Shown: in pieces, positions 1 through 9,286 of the stretch | Layout: the number at the start of each line of letters is the position of its first letter | Numbering within the stretch: the stretch's first letter is position 1 | Assembly: GCA_964468335.1 (NCBI GenBank) | Contig: CAYXUO010000001.1 | Location: 1-45,209, forward strand | Direction of reading: 5' to 3' | Length of the DNA stretch: 45,209 nucleotides | Origin: an uncultured Chryseobacterium sp. | Lineage (GTDB): Bacteria; Bacteroidota; Bacteroidia; Flavobacteriales; Weeksellaceae | The notes under the pieces: model-generated | Databases searched by the model: none | What the model saw: the letters and a program-made list of their open reading frames with translations, nothing else | Told to the model about the DNA's origin: nothing | Translations under genes and position numbers: made by a program

Positions 1-780
1 AAAATCATCAAAACTATCTTCGAAATTCTTATTATCAGCTTCATCCTCCATCAGAGTCATTCCGCCAACAATAAGACCTCTAATTTTGTTGAAAACGCCT
101 GCGAGTTCCAGCGCCATCAGCATTCGGTCCAGTGCATAGTATTTTTCGCCGATTTCCTCAATAAAAAGGATTTTATCTTCAAAATCAAACGAAAAAGGAG
201 TCCCCAACAATGCGTATATGAGGGCTAAATTACCTCCTACCAAAACAGCTTCAGCTTTGCCAGGCCTGTTATAGCGGTTTGGTTCAATTGTATAATTGGG
301 AATCCTTCCCTGCAGAATATCAAAGGTTAACGTATAACCTGATTCCGAAACGCCAAAGCCGGAGGTCTTGATGGTCTGAGCGTGTATGGAAGCTATTCCG
401 CTCTGCAACAGCAAACTTTGAATAACCGTATTATCAGAATAGCCAATATACCATTTTGGCTTTTTGAGGAAATTCGCAAGATCAATATGCTTCAATAAAT
501 GCTGGCAGCCATAGCCGCCACGCGAGGTCCATACCGCTGAAATATCTTCGCTGTTCAGTGCCCAGTTGATGTCGGCAATGCGTTGTTGTTCGGTACCAGC
601 ATATTGGTATCCGTAAGTATGGGAGGAATAGAGATTTTTTCCCATAACAACCTCAAAACCATTATCTTCAATCAAAGAAAGGCCATCTGTTAACTGCTCT
701 TTCCGGACTGCACCGGCAGGGGAAATAACGGCTATCCGATCGCCTTTCTTTAAAGAAGGTGGAAATATGATTTTATTCAT
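1..780 (-). CDS. ldcA: LD-carboxypeptidase, peptidase family S66 (3' end outside window)
   Basis: Not in ORF track. Hand translation from ATG at 780 gives MNKIIFPPSLKKGDRIAVISPAG...RGGYG...IGYSDNT...GGNL...LFIEEIGE, the S66 motifs with catalytic Ser in GYSD. Open to position 1. Confidence 0.9.
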   Translation of the reverse strand, partial: MNKIIFPPSLKKGDRIAVISPAGAVRKEQLTDGLSLIEDNGFEVVMGKNLYSSHTYGYQYAGTEQQRIADINWALNSEDISAVWTSRGGYGCQHLLKHIDLANFLKKPKWYIGYSDNTVIQSLLLQSGIASIHAQTIKTSGFGVSESGYTLTFDILQGRIPNYTIEPNRYNRPGKAEAVLVGGNLALIYALLGTPFSFDFEDKILFIEEIGEKYYALDRMLMALELAGVFNKIRGLIVGGMTLMEDEADNKNFEDSFDDF

Positions 781-1459
781 GGATAAGCGGTTTTTGTTCT
801 TTATTCTCAGCTTCCTCCAACTGCTTATCGAACTGATTAAACATTTTAAAACTTTGCAAAAAAATTAAGATGCTGAATCCAATCAGAATAAAACCAACGC
901 CCCGCCTGATCTGGTTGGCAAGGCGCTGCGTGAGTTTATTATGGAACTGCTTAGCCAGCGTAATCTTCAGAAAATCAATAGCAAGGTAGGTTCCGATCAC
1001 TAAAGTCATATAAAGCAAAAAATCATTCAGGTCCGGATACGCATTGCGCACTGATATGACGGTAACCAGCCAAAACAGAACTACACCGATATTCAGAATA
1101 TTGAAAAAGAAACCGTTTAGGAAGGTTTTGACATAGTTCTGGCTGATCATTTTCTCTTCTCCCGCGAGATGCATCTTGGTTCGGGAAACGATCATATATA
1201 CCGCATAGATCAGTATAATGAAAGCCGTAATCCGGTAAAAACCGGGATGTTTATCAATAATCTCCACCAGATCACCGCTGGCATAGTATGCCGCGGCAAT
1301 ACATATGACGTCAGCAACCAGAACACCTAAATCCAGCGCGAGTGCGTGCCGGGGACCCCGTGAAAAGCTGGTTTCAATAAGTAGGAAAAATATAGGCCCG
1401 ATAAATACGAGACTCAACATTATTCCCAGGCCTACTGCTGATAATATAAGTTCTACCAT
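773..1459 (-). CDS. LysE/RhtB family amino-acid exporter
   Basis: About 6 hydrophobic segments, N-terminal IGPIFFLLIETS and LNxxxxxFW-type motifs. Overlaps the ldcA start by 8 bp. Confidence 0.8.
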   Translation of the reverse strand: MVELILSAVGLGIMLSLVFIGPIFFLLIETSFSRGPRHALALDLGVLVADVICIAAAYYASGDLVEIIDKHPGFYRITAFIILIYAVYMIVSRTKMHLAGEEKMISQNYVKTFLNGFFFNILNIGVVLFWLVTVISVRNAYPDLNDFLLYMTLVIGTYLAIDFLKITLAKQFHNKLTQRLANQIRRGVGFILIGFSILIFLQSFKMFNQFDKQLEEAENKEQKPLIHE

Positions 1460-1487
1460 TCTACTCCTCAGTTTGGAAACAGTAGTT

Positions 1488-3638
1488 TTAATCTACAATT
1501 TTAAAATCAAGCTGTTTTGCAATTAAATTGGCTTTCATGACTTTAATATTAACGGTATCACCCAACTGGAACTGCTTACCGTGGCGTGAGCCCTTCACAG
1601 CATGTGTATTCGCATCAAATGAATAGCTGTCGTCCGTCAGGTCGCGCAGTTTGATGAGACCTTCGGCCCCGTTTTCGGGAATCTGCACCCAGAAACCGAA
1701 TTCGGCTACACCCGAAATAACTCCTTCAAACGTTTCTCCAAGATGTTTCTCCATAAATTTCACCTGCATGAACTTTATACTGTCGCGCTCGGCATCGGCA
1801 GCCAGCCGTTCCATAGCGGAACAGTGTTTTGCTTTTTCCTCCACCTCATTTTTATTTGGCGATTTTCCACCATCGAGGTAATGCTGCAGGATTCTGTGCG
1901 CAATCAGGTCAGGATAACGGCGGATCGGGGAAGTAAAGTGTGAATAGTACTCGAATCCAAGACCATAATGCCCGATAGGATTTGTGGAATAAACCGCTTT
2001 ACTCATAGACCTCATGGCCAGGGTTTCAATCATATTCTCTTCGGGCTTACCTTTCACTTTCTGTAAAAGAGAATTCATACTTTCCGTAACCTTTTTTGTA
2101 TTGGCCAAATCCATCTTGTAACCAAAAGTAGAAACGAAATCACGCAGCGCCTCCAGTTTGGTAGGATTGGGATCGTCGTGGATACGGTAGATGAAAGTAT
2201 TGTTAGTAGGGGTACCTTTCCTGTTCAGCGATACAAATTCGGAAACTTTTCTGTTAGCAAGCAGCATAAATTCCTCAATCAGGTGATTGGAATCCTTGCT
2301 TGTCTTGAAGTACACACCAATGGGCTCATTGTTTTCGTCCAGATTGAAGCGCACTTCACTTCTGTCGAAAGTAATGGCACCGTCATTAATTCTCTTTTCT
2401 CTCAGGATTTTCGCCAGTCTGTTAAAGGTCAGAATCTCTTCTACAAGATCACCTTCGCCGGTTTCAATGCGCTCCTGGGCTTCTTCGTAAGTGAATCTTC
2501 TGTCTGAATGTGTTACTGTGCGGCCAAACCACTGCTTTTTTATTTCAGCCTTATCATCCATTTCGAAAACGGCAGAGAAGGTATACTTATCCTCATGAGG
2601 TCTTAACGAACATACCCCATTACTTAAGACCTCGGGTAACATGGGTACCACACGGTCTACAAGGTAAATTGAGGTCGCCCTGCTGAAGGCTTCATCGTCC
2701 AGCCGTGTACCCGGCCGCACGAAATGCGAAACATCTGCGATATGTACCCCGATTTCCCAGTTTCCGTTTTCCAGCTGCCTGATAGACAGTGCATCATCAA
2801 AATCCTTGGCATCTTTAGGGTCAATCGTAAGGGTGAGGGTTTGTCTCATATCCCAACGTTTCGCCACTTCTTCATCACGTACTTCGCGGTCAATGGCATC
2901 TGCTTCCAGTTCAACTTCTTCCGGAAATTCATAAGGAAGACCATATTCGGCCAGAATGGAATGTATTTCTGTCTCATGCTCACCCGGCGCACCTAAAACC
3001 TGGGTAATTTCGCCTTCGGGATTCTTATCTCCGGGACGCCAGCCGATCATCTTTACAACTACTTTATCACCATGATTGGCACCGTTAAATTTGTCCTTTC
3101 TTACAAATATATCAGTGCTGAAATTCTTTCTGTCGGAAACAACAAAACCAAAGTCCTTGTGTGCGATGTATTCAAAAGTACCTACAAAATCGGTGCGCTT
3201 ACGCTGGGTAACTTCCACTACGGATCCTTCCATCTTTTTACCCTTGTACTGGTAAGTAACGATAACCACCGTGTCACCCTGCATGGCATCTTTCACGTTC
3301 TTGGAGTGAATAAAGACATCATCATCCAATTCCTCTACCTTTACATAGGCATTACCACTTTGGTTAAAATCAATGGTACCGGTAAGGGTTCCTTCAATCT
3401 TCAGGTTGATGATGTATTTGCCTTTAGATACTTCCTCAATACGCTGGTCGGCCAGAAGTTTATGAATTGCCTGGACAACCAACTCGCGCTGGCGGGGATT
3501 CTTAAAATCAATACCTTCTGCAATCTGCTTATAATTATAAATTTTTGCCGACTGCTTATTCATGAACTGCAGGATAGATTTACCTATTTCCTGAAGTTTC
3601 TGAGTATTCTTGGAGGATATATATTTGGGTTTTGCCAT
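1488..3638 (-). CDS. rnr: Ribonuclease R
   Basis: Cold-shock domains, RNB catalytic motif IDPKDAKDFDDALS, HFTSPIRRYPDL and C-terminal S1. Start placed at ATG 3638 (MAKPKY) because the longer track ORF overlaps rpiB. Confidence 0.95.
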   Translation of the reverse strand: MAKPKYISSKNTQKLQEIGKSILQFMNKQSAKIYNYKQIAEGIDFKNPRQRELVVQAIHKLLADQRIEEVSKGKYIINLKIEGTLTGTIDFNQSGNAYVKVEELDDDVFIHSKNVKDAMQGDTVVIVTYQYKGKKMEGSVVEVTQRKRTDFVGTFEYIAHKDFGFVVSDRKNFSTDIFVRKDKFNGANHGDKVVVKMIGWRPGDKNPEGEITQVLGAPGEHETEIHSILAEYGLPYEFPEEVELEADAIDREVRDEEVAKRWDMRQTLTLTIDPKDAKDFDDALSIRQLENGNWEIGVHIADVSHFVRPGTRLDDEAFSRATSIYLVDRVVPMLPEVLSNGVCSLRPHEDKYTFSAVFEMDDKAEIKKQWFGRTVTHSDRRFTYEEAQERIETGEGDLVEEILTFNRLAKILREKRINDGAITFDRSEVRFNLDENNEPIGVYFKTSKDSNHLIEEFMLLANRKVSEFVSLNRKGTPTNNTFIYRIHDDPNPTKLEALRDFVSTFGYKMDLANTKKVTESMNSLLQKVKGKPEENMIETLAMRSMSKAVYSTNPIGHYGLGFEYYSHFTSPIRRYPDLIAHRILQHYLDGGKSPNKNEVEEKAKHCSAMERLAADAERDSIKFMQVKFMEKHLGETFEGVISGVAEFGFWVQIPENGAEGLIKLRDLTDDSYSFDANTHAVKGSRHGKQFQLGDTVNIKVMKANLIAKQLDFKIVD

Positions 3639-3669
3639 ATAAATTATGTGGTTTTTGTTGAAATTGTTT

Positions 3670-4101
3670 TTAACAGGAAGCAATTTTCGCTACTCTAACT
3701 GCATGTCTTCCTCCTTCAAACTCCGTGCTAATAAACCTCTCAACGATTTCAACTGCAAGTTCAAATGCAATGAAGCGGGCCGGGATCGCAATCATATTGG
3801 CATTATTGTGCTGGCGTGAAAGTTCCGCGAGTTCTGGCATCCAGCACAATGCGCAGCGCACATCCTTATGCTTGTTTGCCGACATCTGAACGCCGTTTCC
3901 GCTGCCACAGATGAGAATTCCAAGTTCATTTTCACCGGCTTCTACAGAATTTGCTGCCGGGTGAACAAAATCCGGATAGTCCACAGAATCTGGTGAATTG
4001 GTCCCAAAATCCTGAATCTCATAACGGCCTGAAAAATGTTCTTTCAATTTCTCTTTATATTCAAATCCTGCGTGGTCACACGCTATAGCTATTTTTTTCA
4101 T
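3670..4101 (-). CDS. rpiB: Ribose-5-phosphate isomerase B
   Basis: ACDHAG, DYPD, ICGSGNG, RQHNNAN and FEGGRH motifs. Confidence 0.96.
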   Translation of the reverse strand: MKKIAIACDHAGFEYKEKLKEHFSGRYEIQDFGTNSPDSVDYPDFVHPAANSVEAGENELGILICGSGNGVQMSANKHKDVRCALCWMPELAELSRQHNNANMIAIPARFIAFELAVEIVERFISTEFEGGRHAVRVAKIASC

Positions 4102-4129
4102 TTCTTCTTTATAATATACGCAATGCGTA

Positions 4130-4137
4130 CAAATTTA
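4130..4137 (-). promoter_or_regulatory. Bacteroidota sigma-A -7 box for rpiB-rnr
   Basis: TAAATTTG on the minus strand matches TAnnTTTG, 28 bp upstream of rpiB. Confidence 0.65.
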
Positions 4138-4653
4138 TGATTTATAATATAAATATAAATAGATGCTGCCATTGAAGTTCATTTCCAATATTCCTGAATA
4201 TATGCAACACTTGTTCACCGGTAATATGTGGGGACTGCACCGAAACTCTGTTGATAACTCCCGGCAAAAAAAGCTTTGCGGATTCAGTTAATTTTATAAT
4301 GGATTTAATTTACCGATAAACGCTAAAAAACTATCTGAAAGTTTAAGGTCCTCCGGTAGCATTTTCCCAATACCGGAGATATTGATAAAGCGATTACAGG
4401 AGAAATACTAACATTTGGGGATAATGATTCTAAAGTGCTGTACACAAGCATCATTTTACTGTGACTAAACTGTGATTTAAGGAGCGTTTCGGTGTAGTGA
4501 AATATATCACACTTTTTTCTCCCCAAATCCCCGGACTACAACAACAGTATTCATATTCTTTTTATATAAAAAAAAGATAATGTAGATAAAGTGAGTCTTT
4601 GGGGATTGGGGAATTTTAAATGTTTTTTAATTTTTAATCAACTGAATAAATGT

Positions 4654-4661
4654 TAAATTTG
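4654..4661 (+). promoter_or_regulatory. Sigma-A -7 box for pgk
   Basis: TAAATTTG 24 bp upstream of the pgk ATG. Confidence 0.65.
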
Positions 4662-4685
4662 TGAAACTAAAAACAGGGTGATTTT

Positions 4686-5876
4686 ATGAAAACAATCAAT
4701 GATTTTAACTTTAAAGACAAAAAAGTCCTGGTGCGGGTAGATTTCAATGTGCCACAGAGCGCTGATCTTAAAGTTACAGACAATACAAGAATACAGGCCG
4801 TGAAAGAGACCGTAGATAAAATCCTTAATGATGGCGGTTCAGTGATACTGATGACTCATTTGGGAAGGCCTAAAGGCAAATTTTCCGAAGAATTCTCGCT
4901 TAAAAATATTGTTCCTGAAATTGAAGAAGTTTTTGGCAGGGAAGTTCAGTTCTGTAAGGACTGTCTGGGTGACGAGGCCACACGCATGACCAGCGATTTG
5001 AAACCTGGAAGTATCCTTTTGCTTGAAAACCTTCGGTTCTATAATGAGGAAGAAGCAGGCGATGCCGCTTTCGCGGAAAAACTGGCCAAGTATGCTGATG
5101 CCTTTGTAAATGATGCCTTTGGAACAGCTCACCGTGAACATGCTTCAACTGCAGTTATTGCCAAATATTTTCCATCAACTAAATTTTTCGGTTTATTAAT
5201 GGCTAAGGAAATTGAAGCGGTGGAAAAGGTGCTTCAGAAAGGTGAAAAACCGGTGACGGCCATTATTGGTGGTTCTAAAGTTTCATCAAAAATAACCATT
5301 ATAGAAAATATGCTTCCTGCTATTGATAATCTAATAATTGGTGGAGGAATGGCATTTACCTTTGTTAAAGCTTTGGGAGGCAGTATAGGGTCTTCGGTAG
5401 TGGAGGAGGATAAAATGAATCTTGCTCTGGAGATACTGGCCAGGGCTGAAGCTGAGAATGTAAAGGTCTACCTTCCTGTTGATGTAATAGGTGCAGATGA
5501 GTTCAGTAATGATGCGGAAACAAAGGAAATGGATATCTACGAGATTCCTGAAGGATGGATGGGCCTGGATGCCGGTCCGAGATCAAGGGTTTTAATCCAC
5601 GACGTAATATTAAGTTCAAGAACCATACTTTGGAACGGTCCTATTGGAGTATTTGAGATGCCTAATTTTGCGGCTGGTACAGTTGCGCTCGGTGACAGTA
5701 TTGCCGAATCAACAGCTAACGGTGCTTTCTCACTTGTAGGCGGTGGCGACAGCGTGGCGTTTGTAAAGCAGTTTGGTTATGAAGATAAGGTAAGTTATGT
5801 TTCAACCGGTGGCGGAGCAATGCTTGAAAGTTTGGAAGGAAAAGAACTTCCGGGAGTACGCGCGATTAATAATTAG
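4686..5876 (+). CDS. pgk: Phosphoglycerate kinase
   Basis: RVDFNVP, HLGRPKG, LLENLRF, NDAFGTAHR, GGGDS and STGGGA motifs. Confidence 0.98.
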   Translation: MKTINDFNFKDKKVLVRVDFNVPQSADLKVTDNTRIQAVKETVDKILNDGGSVILMTHLGRPKGKFSEEFSLKNIVPEIEEVFGREVQFCKDCLGDEATRMTSDLKPGSILLLENLRFYNEEEAGDAAFAEKLAKYADAFVNDAFGTAHREHASTAVIAKYFPSTKFFGLLMAKEIEAVEKVLQKGEKPVTAIIGGSKVSSKITIIENMLPAIDNLIIGGGMAFTFVKALGGSIGSSVVEEDKMNLALEILARAEAENVKVYLPVDVIGADEFSNDAETKEMDIYEIPEGWMGLDAGPRSRVLIHDVILSSRTILWNGPIGVFEMPNFAAGTVALGDSIAESTANGAFSLVGGGDSVAFVKQFGYEDKVSYVSTGGGAMLESLEGKELPGVRAINN

Positions 5877-5895
5877 ATTCATAAAAATAATTATG

Positions 5896-5926
5896 AAGGC
5901 GGTCTCGTTTGAGTCCGCCTTTTTTT
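5896..5926 (+). terminator. Intrinsic terminator of pgk
   Basis: AAGGCGGtCTC-gttt-GAGtCCGCCTT hairpin followed by a T run. Confidence 0.85.
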
Positions 5927-6097
5927 GATCCGCGTTTTTTGAAGAATAATTGTCCTGATTTATTATTTCCTAATTTAATTGAAATAATATTTAGTTTATG
6001 CTTGGATTCACAAAACAGAAATTTTTGCAGTTTTATCTTGTTAAATTAAGAAAGTAGCTAAAATTTGACTTTCTGTAATGCCTCAAAAATCAATTTT

Positions 6098-6916
6098 CTA
6101 TTTTTTTCTGATAATGTATATCAAACTGGAAAATTCTCCGTTTTTTGACGCCTTAAAATTAGAAATCGCTCCATTGAGTGCCCCTTTAAGCCAGAATAAT
6201 GGTGATTTTTTATATTTTTCACTCAGCATTGAGATATAGAACGAGTCGAGTAGGAGAGGTTTCACTTTTTGCACATTCCAGTTTTGCTGCTCCATCAATT
6301 TTCTCATACCGGATTGTGTGAAGTGAAAAAGATGTCTTGGCACATCCCAGGCGGCCCAATGTTCTTTATAAGTTTTAGCATCGTAGGAGCCAGGATTAGG
6401 TACGGCGATAATGAGTACACCCTCCGGACGGAGTTTTTTTTCGAAGAGCTCCAGAATCTCCTTTTGATTTTCTATATGTTCAAACACATGCCAAAGAGTA
6501 ATTCCGTCGAGACTTTGGTTTGGCAGGAGTGAAAGATCGGAGATTATTGATTCATGTCCTATTTTAGATATCGCAGCGCCTCTTGCTGCTTCATTAGGTT
6601 CGAATCCCAGAACTGAATAATCCTGCTGTATGTACTTGATGAATTCACCCGCTCCACATCCGTAATCGAGTAATTTTCCATGAGCAGGCACTTCTGCAGC
6701 TACAATATTTCTCTTATAATTTAGATTGATCTTTTGTAGAAATTTATAGACTTTCTCTTTTAAACTACCTGAATCCTGGTGGTGTGAAATATAATTCTTG
6801 CTTTCGTAATAGGGCGCCAGGTTTGACGGGACCGGGGTAGTTTTATAAACTCCTTCAATTTCTGTTTGTATAACATCGAATGATTCCCCGCTGAGGAAAT
6901 TATCTTTTATCTTCAT
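6098..6916 (-). CDS. Class I SAM-dependent methyltransferase
   Basis: LLDYGCGAG motif I, LWHVFEH, IIAVPN and DVPRHLFHF. Lies downstream of mnmG. Confidence 0.88.
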   Translation of the reverse strand: MKIKDNFLSGESFDVIQTEIEGVYKTTPVPSNLAPYYESKNYISHHQDSGSLKEKVYKFLQKINLNYKRNIVAAEVPAHGKLLDYGCGAGEFIKYIQQDYSVLGFEPNEAARGAAISKIGHESIISDLSLLPNQSLDGITLWHVFEHIENQKEILELFEKKLRPEGVLIIAVPNPGSYDAKTYKEHWAAWDVPRHLFHFTQSGMRKLMEQQNWNVQKVKPLLLDSFYISMLSEKYKKSPLFWLKGALNGAISNFKASKNGEFSSLIYIIRKK

Positions 6917-6928
6917 AAAATATTCTAT

Positions 6929-6944
6929 TGTTTCACGTGAAACA
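6929..6944. other. parS site (ParB-binding centromere) 1
   Basis: Perfect palindrome TGTTTCACGTGAAACA, the consensus bacterial parS, in the gap between mnmG and the methyltransferase. Confidence 0.92.
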
Positions 6945-6951
6945 TATTGAT

Positions 6952-8814
6952 TTATCTCCCCAGAAATATAAGTAGTACATTAATATCTGCAGGTGACACT
7001 CCGCTGATTCTCGATGCCTGAGCGATTGTTTTGGGCTTGACTTTGGTCATTTTTTGCTTCGCTTCGGCTGAAAGGGAAGTAATAGCCTGGTAATTGAAAT
7101 CCTCAGGGATCCGTATCGTTTCCAACCTGTTTAATTTGGCTACATTTTCCTTTTCCTTTTCAATGTATCCGCGGTATTTAATATTGATTTCTGCCTGTTC
7201 GCGAACCTCTTCAGCATATAATGAACTGGTTTCCCTAATACCCTCTATACCTTCGAGTTTAGCAAGGGTCATATTTGGTCTGGTTAATATTTGAGCGGCA
7301 CGGTAAGCCTGGTCCACAGGTGATGAATCAATAGTCTCAAGTACAGGATTAATTATTCCTGGCTTAAGGGAATATTCTCTCAGGAAGGTTTCGAGCTCAT
7401 TACTTTTAGTAATTTTTTCTTCTACCAATCTGAGTCTTTCTTCATTGGCCAGCCCCAATCTGTAGCCTTTCTCTGTTAGTCTGACATCGGCGTTATCCTG
7501 TCTAAGCAGCAGTCGGTATTCTGCTCGTGAGGTAAACATTCTATAGGGTTCTTCCGTACCTTTCGTAATCAGGTCGTCGATTAGTACCCCGATGTATGCT
7601 TCATCTCTCTGCAAAATAAATTCTTCTTTATCCTGCACCTTATTATGTGCATTTATTCCGGCCATCAAACCCTGACCCGCTGCCTCTTCGTAACCGGTTG
7701 TACCGTTGATTTGCCCTGCAAAATATAGATTTTGGATGAGTTTTGTTTCGAGGGTATGATTAAGCTGGGTAGGAGGGAAGTAATCGTATTCAATCGCATA
7801 ACCGGGACGGAATACCTTTACATTTTCAAAGCCCGGAATGTGACGCATGGCTTTTATCTGAACATCTTCAGGTAGTGATGAACTGAAACCGTTTACATAG
7901 ATTTCACACGTTCTCCACCCTTCAGGTTCTACAAAAAGCTGATGTCTTGTACGCTCGGCGAAGCGGTTTATTTTATCTTCAATACTTGGACAGTAGCGGG
8001 GGCCTGTACTTTGGATGGTTCCGTTGAACATAGGACTTCTGTCAAATCCTTCACGCAGGATTTCATGTACCGTTTCGTTGGTATAGACGATATGGCAACT
8101 TAGCTGGCGAGTCAATTTTGGAGTATCTGTGTATGAAAATTTCTGCGGATTTTCATCTCCTTTCTGCTCCTCCATCACGCTGTAATTAAGGCTGCGTCCG
8201 TCTACGCGGGGTGGTGTTCCTGTTTTCATACGGCCTGCTTCAAAACCTAACGAGATCAGTTGCTCGGTAATTCCAAAAGCACGCGGTTCGCCCATTCGGC
8301 CACCTCCAAGCTGTTTATCTCCTACATGAATCAGCCCGTTCAGAAACGTACCGTTTGTAAGTATTACCGCTTTACCACGAATGGAGATTCCCAGAGAGGT
8401 TACCACTCCTACAGCGCGGTTATCTTCAATAATGAGGCTTTTGACCATATCCTGAAAGAAGTCCAGATTGGGGGTGCCTTCCAGAGCTAATCGCCATTCT
8501 TCTGCAAACATCATTCTGTCGTTTTGTGTTCTCGGTGACCACATAGCTGGGCCTTTAGACAGGTTCAGCATTTTGAATTGGACAGCAGATTTATCTGCGA
8601 TAATACCAGAATATCCTCCCAGAGCGTCAATCTCACGAACGATCTGTCCCTTTGCTATTCCACCCATCGCAGGGTTGCAGGACATCTGACCGATAGTCTG
8701 CATGTTCATTGTGACTAATAGCGTTTTGGATCCAAGGTTAGCTGCAGCAGCGGCTGCTTCACAGCCGGCATGTCCGCCACCTACGACTATTACATCATAT
8801 GTATCTGTAATCAT
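6952..8814 (-). CDS. mnmG: tRNA uridine-5-carboxymethylaminomethyl(34) synthesis enzyme MnmG/GidA
   Basis: GGGHAG FAD motif, MSCNPAMGG, GPRYCPSIEDK, AGQINGTTGYEEAA and EEPYRMFTSRAEYRL. Confidence 0.98.
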   Translation of the reverse strand: MITDTYDVIVVGGGHAGCEAAAAAANLGSKTLLVTMNMQTIGQMSCNPAMGGIAKGQIVREIDALGGYSGIIADKSAVQFKMLNLSKGPAMWSPRTQNDRMMFAEEWRLALEGTPNLDFFQDMVKSLIIEDNRAVGVVTSLGISIRGKAVILTNGTFLNGLIHVGDKQLGGGRMGEPRAFGITEQLISLGFEAGRMKTGTPPRVDGRSLNYSVMEEQKGDENPQKFSYTDTPKLTRQLSCHIVYTNETVHEILREGFDRSPMFNGTIQSTGPRYCPSIEDKINRFAERTRHQLFVEPEGWRTCEIYVNGFSSSLPEDVQIKAMRHIPGFENVKVFRPGYAIEYDYFPPTQLNHTLETKLIQNLYFAGQINGTTGYEEAAGQGLMAGINAHNKVQDKEEFILQRDEAYIGVLIDDLITKGTEEPYRMFTSRAEYRLLLRQDNADVRLTEKGYRLGLANEERLRLVEEKITKSNELETFLREYSLKPGIINPVLETIDSSPVDQAYRAAQILTRPNMTLAKLEGIEGIRETSSLYAEEVREQAEINIKYRGYIEKEKENVAKLNRLETIRIPEDFNYQAITSLSAEAKQKMTKVKPKTIAQASRISGVSPADINVLLIFLGR

Positions 8815-8829
8815 AAATATTCATGTTAA

Positions 8830-8845
8830 TGTTTCACGTGAAACA
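8830..8845. other. parS site 2
   Basis: Perfect palindrome TGTTTCACGTGAAACA 15 bp upstream of the mnmG start. Confidence 0.92.
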
Positions 8846-8870
8846 TATTGCAGGAAGAACAGTTTTGGTA

Positions 8871-9284
8871 TTATCTGTTTAATAATTCTAAATAGAATTC
8901 TTCCTTGTATCTCATTTGATCAGCTTCGGGAGCAGTTTTATCTTTATAACCGCAGAGATGAAGAATACCGTGAGCCAGAACTCTGTGTAACTCTGTTATA
9001 AAGCTGAGATCCAGAGAGTCCGCATTTTCTGAAATACGCGGCAAAGATACAAAAATATCACCCGAGACCGTTTTGCCCTTAACGTAATCAAAGGTTATGA
9101 CATCTGTATAGTAATCGTGATTCAGGTATTCACGGTTTACCTTCAGCAAGTATTCATCATCGCAAAAAATATAATTGATCCGGCCTGCTTTAAATCCTTC
9201 CGATTTAATCAGTTCCAACAGCCATCCACTGGTGTTTTGTCCGATATTAATGGAATCAATATCTTCAAAAAAGTATTCAATCAT
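8871..9284 (-). CDS. ybeY: rRNA maturation endoribonuclease YbeY
   Basis: N..YL.HDYYTDVITF, GDIFVS and the HGILHLCGY metal motif. Confidence 0.95.
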   Translation of the reverse strand: MIEYFFEDIDSINIGQNTSGWLLELIKSEGFKAGRINYIFCDDEYLLKVNREYLNHDYYTDVITFDYVKGKTVSGDIFVSLPRISENADSLDLSFITELHRVLAHGILHLCGYKDKTAPEADQMRYKEEFYLELLNR

Positions 9285-9286
9285 TG

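Larger units (their letters stand above)
4102..4685. other. Putative chromosomal replication origin (oriC)
   Basis: Largest non-coding gap in the window, between divergent genes. DnaA-box-like 9-mers with one mismatch to TTATCCACA at 4249-4257, 4416-4424 and 4581-4589 (minus strand), two-mismatch copies at 4380-4388, 4460-4468 and 4517-4525, and an AT-rich tract at 4548-4580. parS sites and mnmG lie within 2.5-4.5 kb. Confidence 0.7.

Noticed and set aside
4323-4526. 67-aa ORF in the rpiB-pgk gap
   Set aside because: Non-ATG start, no protein-like features, and it overlaps the DnaA-box cluster.
5927-6097. AT-rich gap after the pgk terminator as an sRNA or second origin half
   Set aside because: No convincing promoter, DnaA boxes or stable structure; only a weak AT-rich inverted repeat.
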